Positions 59,564 to 64,000 of a stretch of DNA of 64,000 bases are shown here, piece after piece (within the stretch, counting starts at the first letter, position 1; every line of letters starts with the position of its first letter). The position numbers were made by a program, and so were the translations under genes. Source of the stretch: Escherichia coli. GTDB lineage: Bacteria > Pseudomonadota > Gammaproteobacteria > Enterobacterales > Enterobacteriaceae. The stretch is taken from assembly GCF_030013595.1 (NCBI RefSeq), contig NZ_CP122768.1, one strand, 5' to 3'. The notes under the pieces are model-generated. The model ran no database searches and was not told the DNA's origin. It saw nothing but the letters and a program-made list of their open reading frames with translations.

Positions 59564-59683
59564 ATGCCTGGCAGTTCCCTACTCTCGCATGGGGAGACCC
59601 CACACTACCATCGGCGCTACGGCGTTTCACTTCTGAGTTCGGCATGGGGTCAGGTGGGACCACCGCGCTAAGGCCGCCAGGCA
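59564..59683 (-). rRNA. rrf: 5S ribosomal RNA
   Basis: Reverse complement matches E. coli 5S over 120 nt with one apparent substitution near the 5' end. Confidence 0.95.
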
Positions 59684-59775
59684 AATTCTGTTTCATCAGA
59701 CCGCTTCTGCGTTCTGAGTTAATCTGTATCAGGCTGAAAATCTTCTCTCATCCGCCAAAACATCTTCGGCGTTGT

Positions 59776-62680
<2,905 letters not shown>

Positions 62681-62873
62681 TCACAACCCGAAGATGTTTC
62701 TTTCGATTCATCATCGTGTTGCGAAAATTTGAGAGACTCACGAACAACTTTCGTTGTTCAGTGTTTCAATTTTCAGCTTGATCCAGATTTTTAAAGAGCA
62801 AATATCTCAAACATCACCCGAAGATGAGTTTTGAGATATTAAGGCAGGTGACTTTCACTCACAAACCAGCAAG

Positions 62874-62949
62874 TGGCGTCCCCTAGGGGATTCGAACCCC
62901 TGTTACCGCCGTGAAAGGGCGGTGTCCTGGGCCTCTAGACGAAGGGGAC
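62874..62949 (-). tRNA. tRNA-Glu (UUC) in the 16S-23S spacer
   Basis: Reverse complement GTCCCCTTCGTCTAGAGGCCCAGGACACCGCCCTTTCACGGCGGTAACAGGGGTTCGAATCCCCTAGGGGACGCCA, 76 nt. Confidence 0.95.
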
Positions 62950-63034
62950 GTATCAGTCTGCTTCGCAAGACGCCTTGCTTTTCACTTTCTATCAGACAAT
63001 CTGTGTGAGCACTGCAAAGTACGCTTCTTTAAGG

Positions 63035-64000
<966 letters not shown>

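Overview
This window looks like an Escherichia coli chromosomal segment, syntenic with the K-12 rha / frv / fdo / yih / glnALG / polA / rrnA neighbourhood but read in the opposite orientation (gene calls rest on ORF translations compared with recalled K-12 proteins, not on a database search). Core content in order: rhaT (partial), rhaR, rhaS, rhaBADM, frvABXR, yiiG, fdhD, fdoGHI, fdhE, yiiF, yiiE, yiiD, dtd, yihY, yihX, a sugar catabolic cluster, yihNML, typA, glnA-glnL-glnG, yshB, hemN, yihI, csrC, engB, spf, polA, yihG, yihF, dsbA, srkA, yihD, mobAB and an rRNA operon (5S, 23S, tRNA-Glu, partial 16S). Five things differ from the K-12 arrangement as I recall it. (1) An AT-rich island of about 2.4 kb between yiiE and yiiD encodes a lone 604-aa protein with a CKSAKDRT (CX5R) phosphoinositide-phosphatase active-site motif, as in IpgD/SopB effectors; this is my top candidate for something undescribed. 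(2) Between yihX and yihN the K-12 sulfoquinovose cluster (ompL, yihO-yihW) is replaced by an inverted, re-composed yih-like cluster that lacks the glycosidase and isomerase and gains a Zn-dependent dehydrogenase and two MFS transporters. (3) A carbohydrate-porin-like gene with an N-terminal coiled coil sits between rhaM and frvA. (4) An IS1 copy with a 9-bp target duplication interrupts yiiG. (5) The rRNA operon at the rrnA position has a tRNA-Glu spacer and a 16S V6 variant. No CRISPR array or prophage was seen. Coordinates come from the supplied ORF track, with starts adjusted where an internal Met or GTG matches the known protein length.
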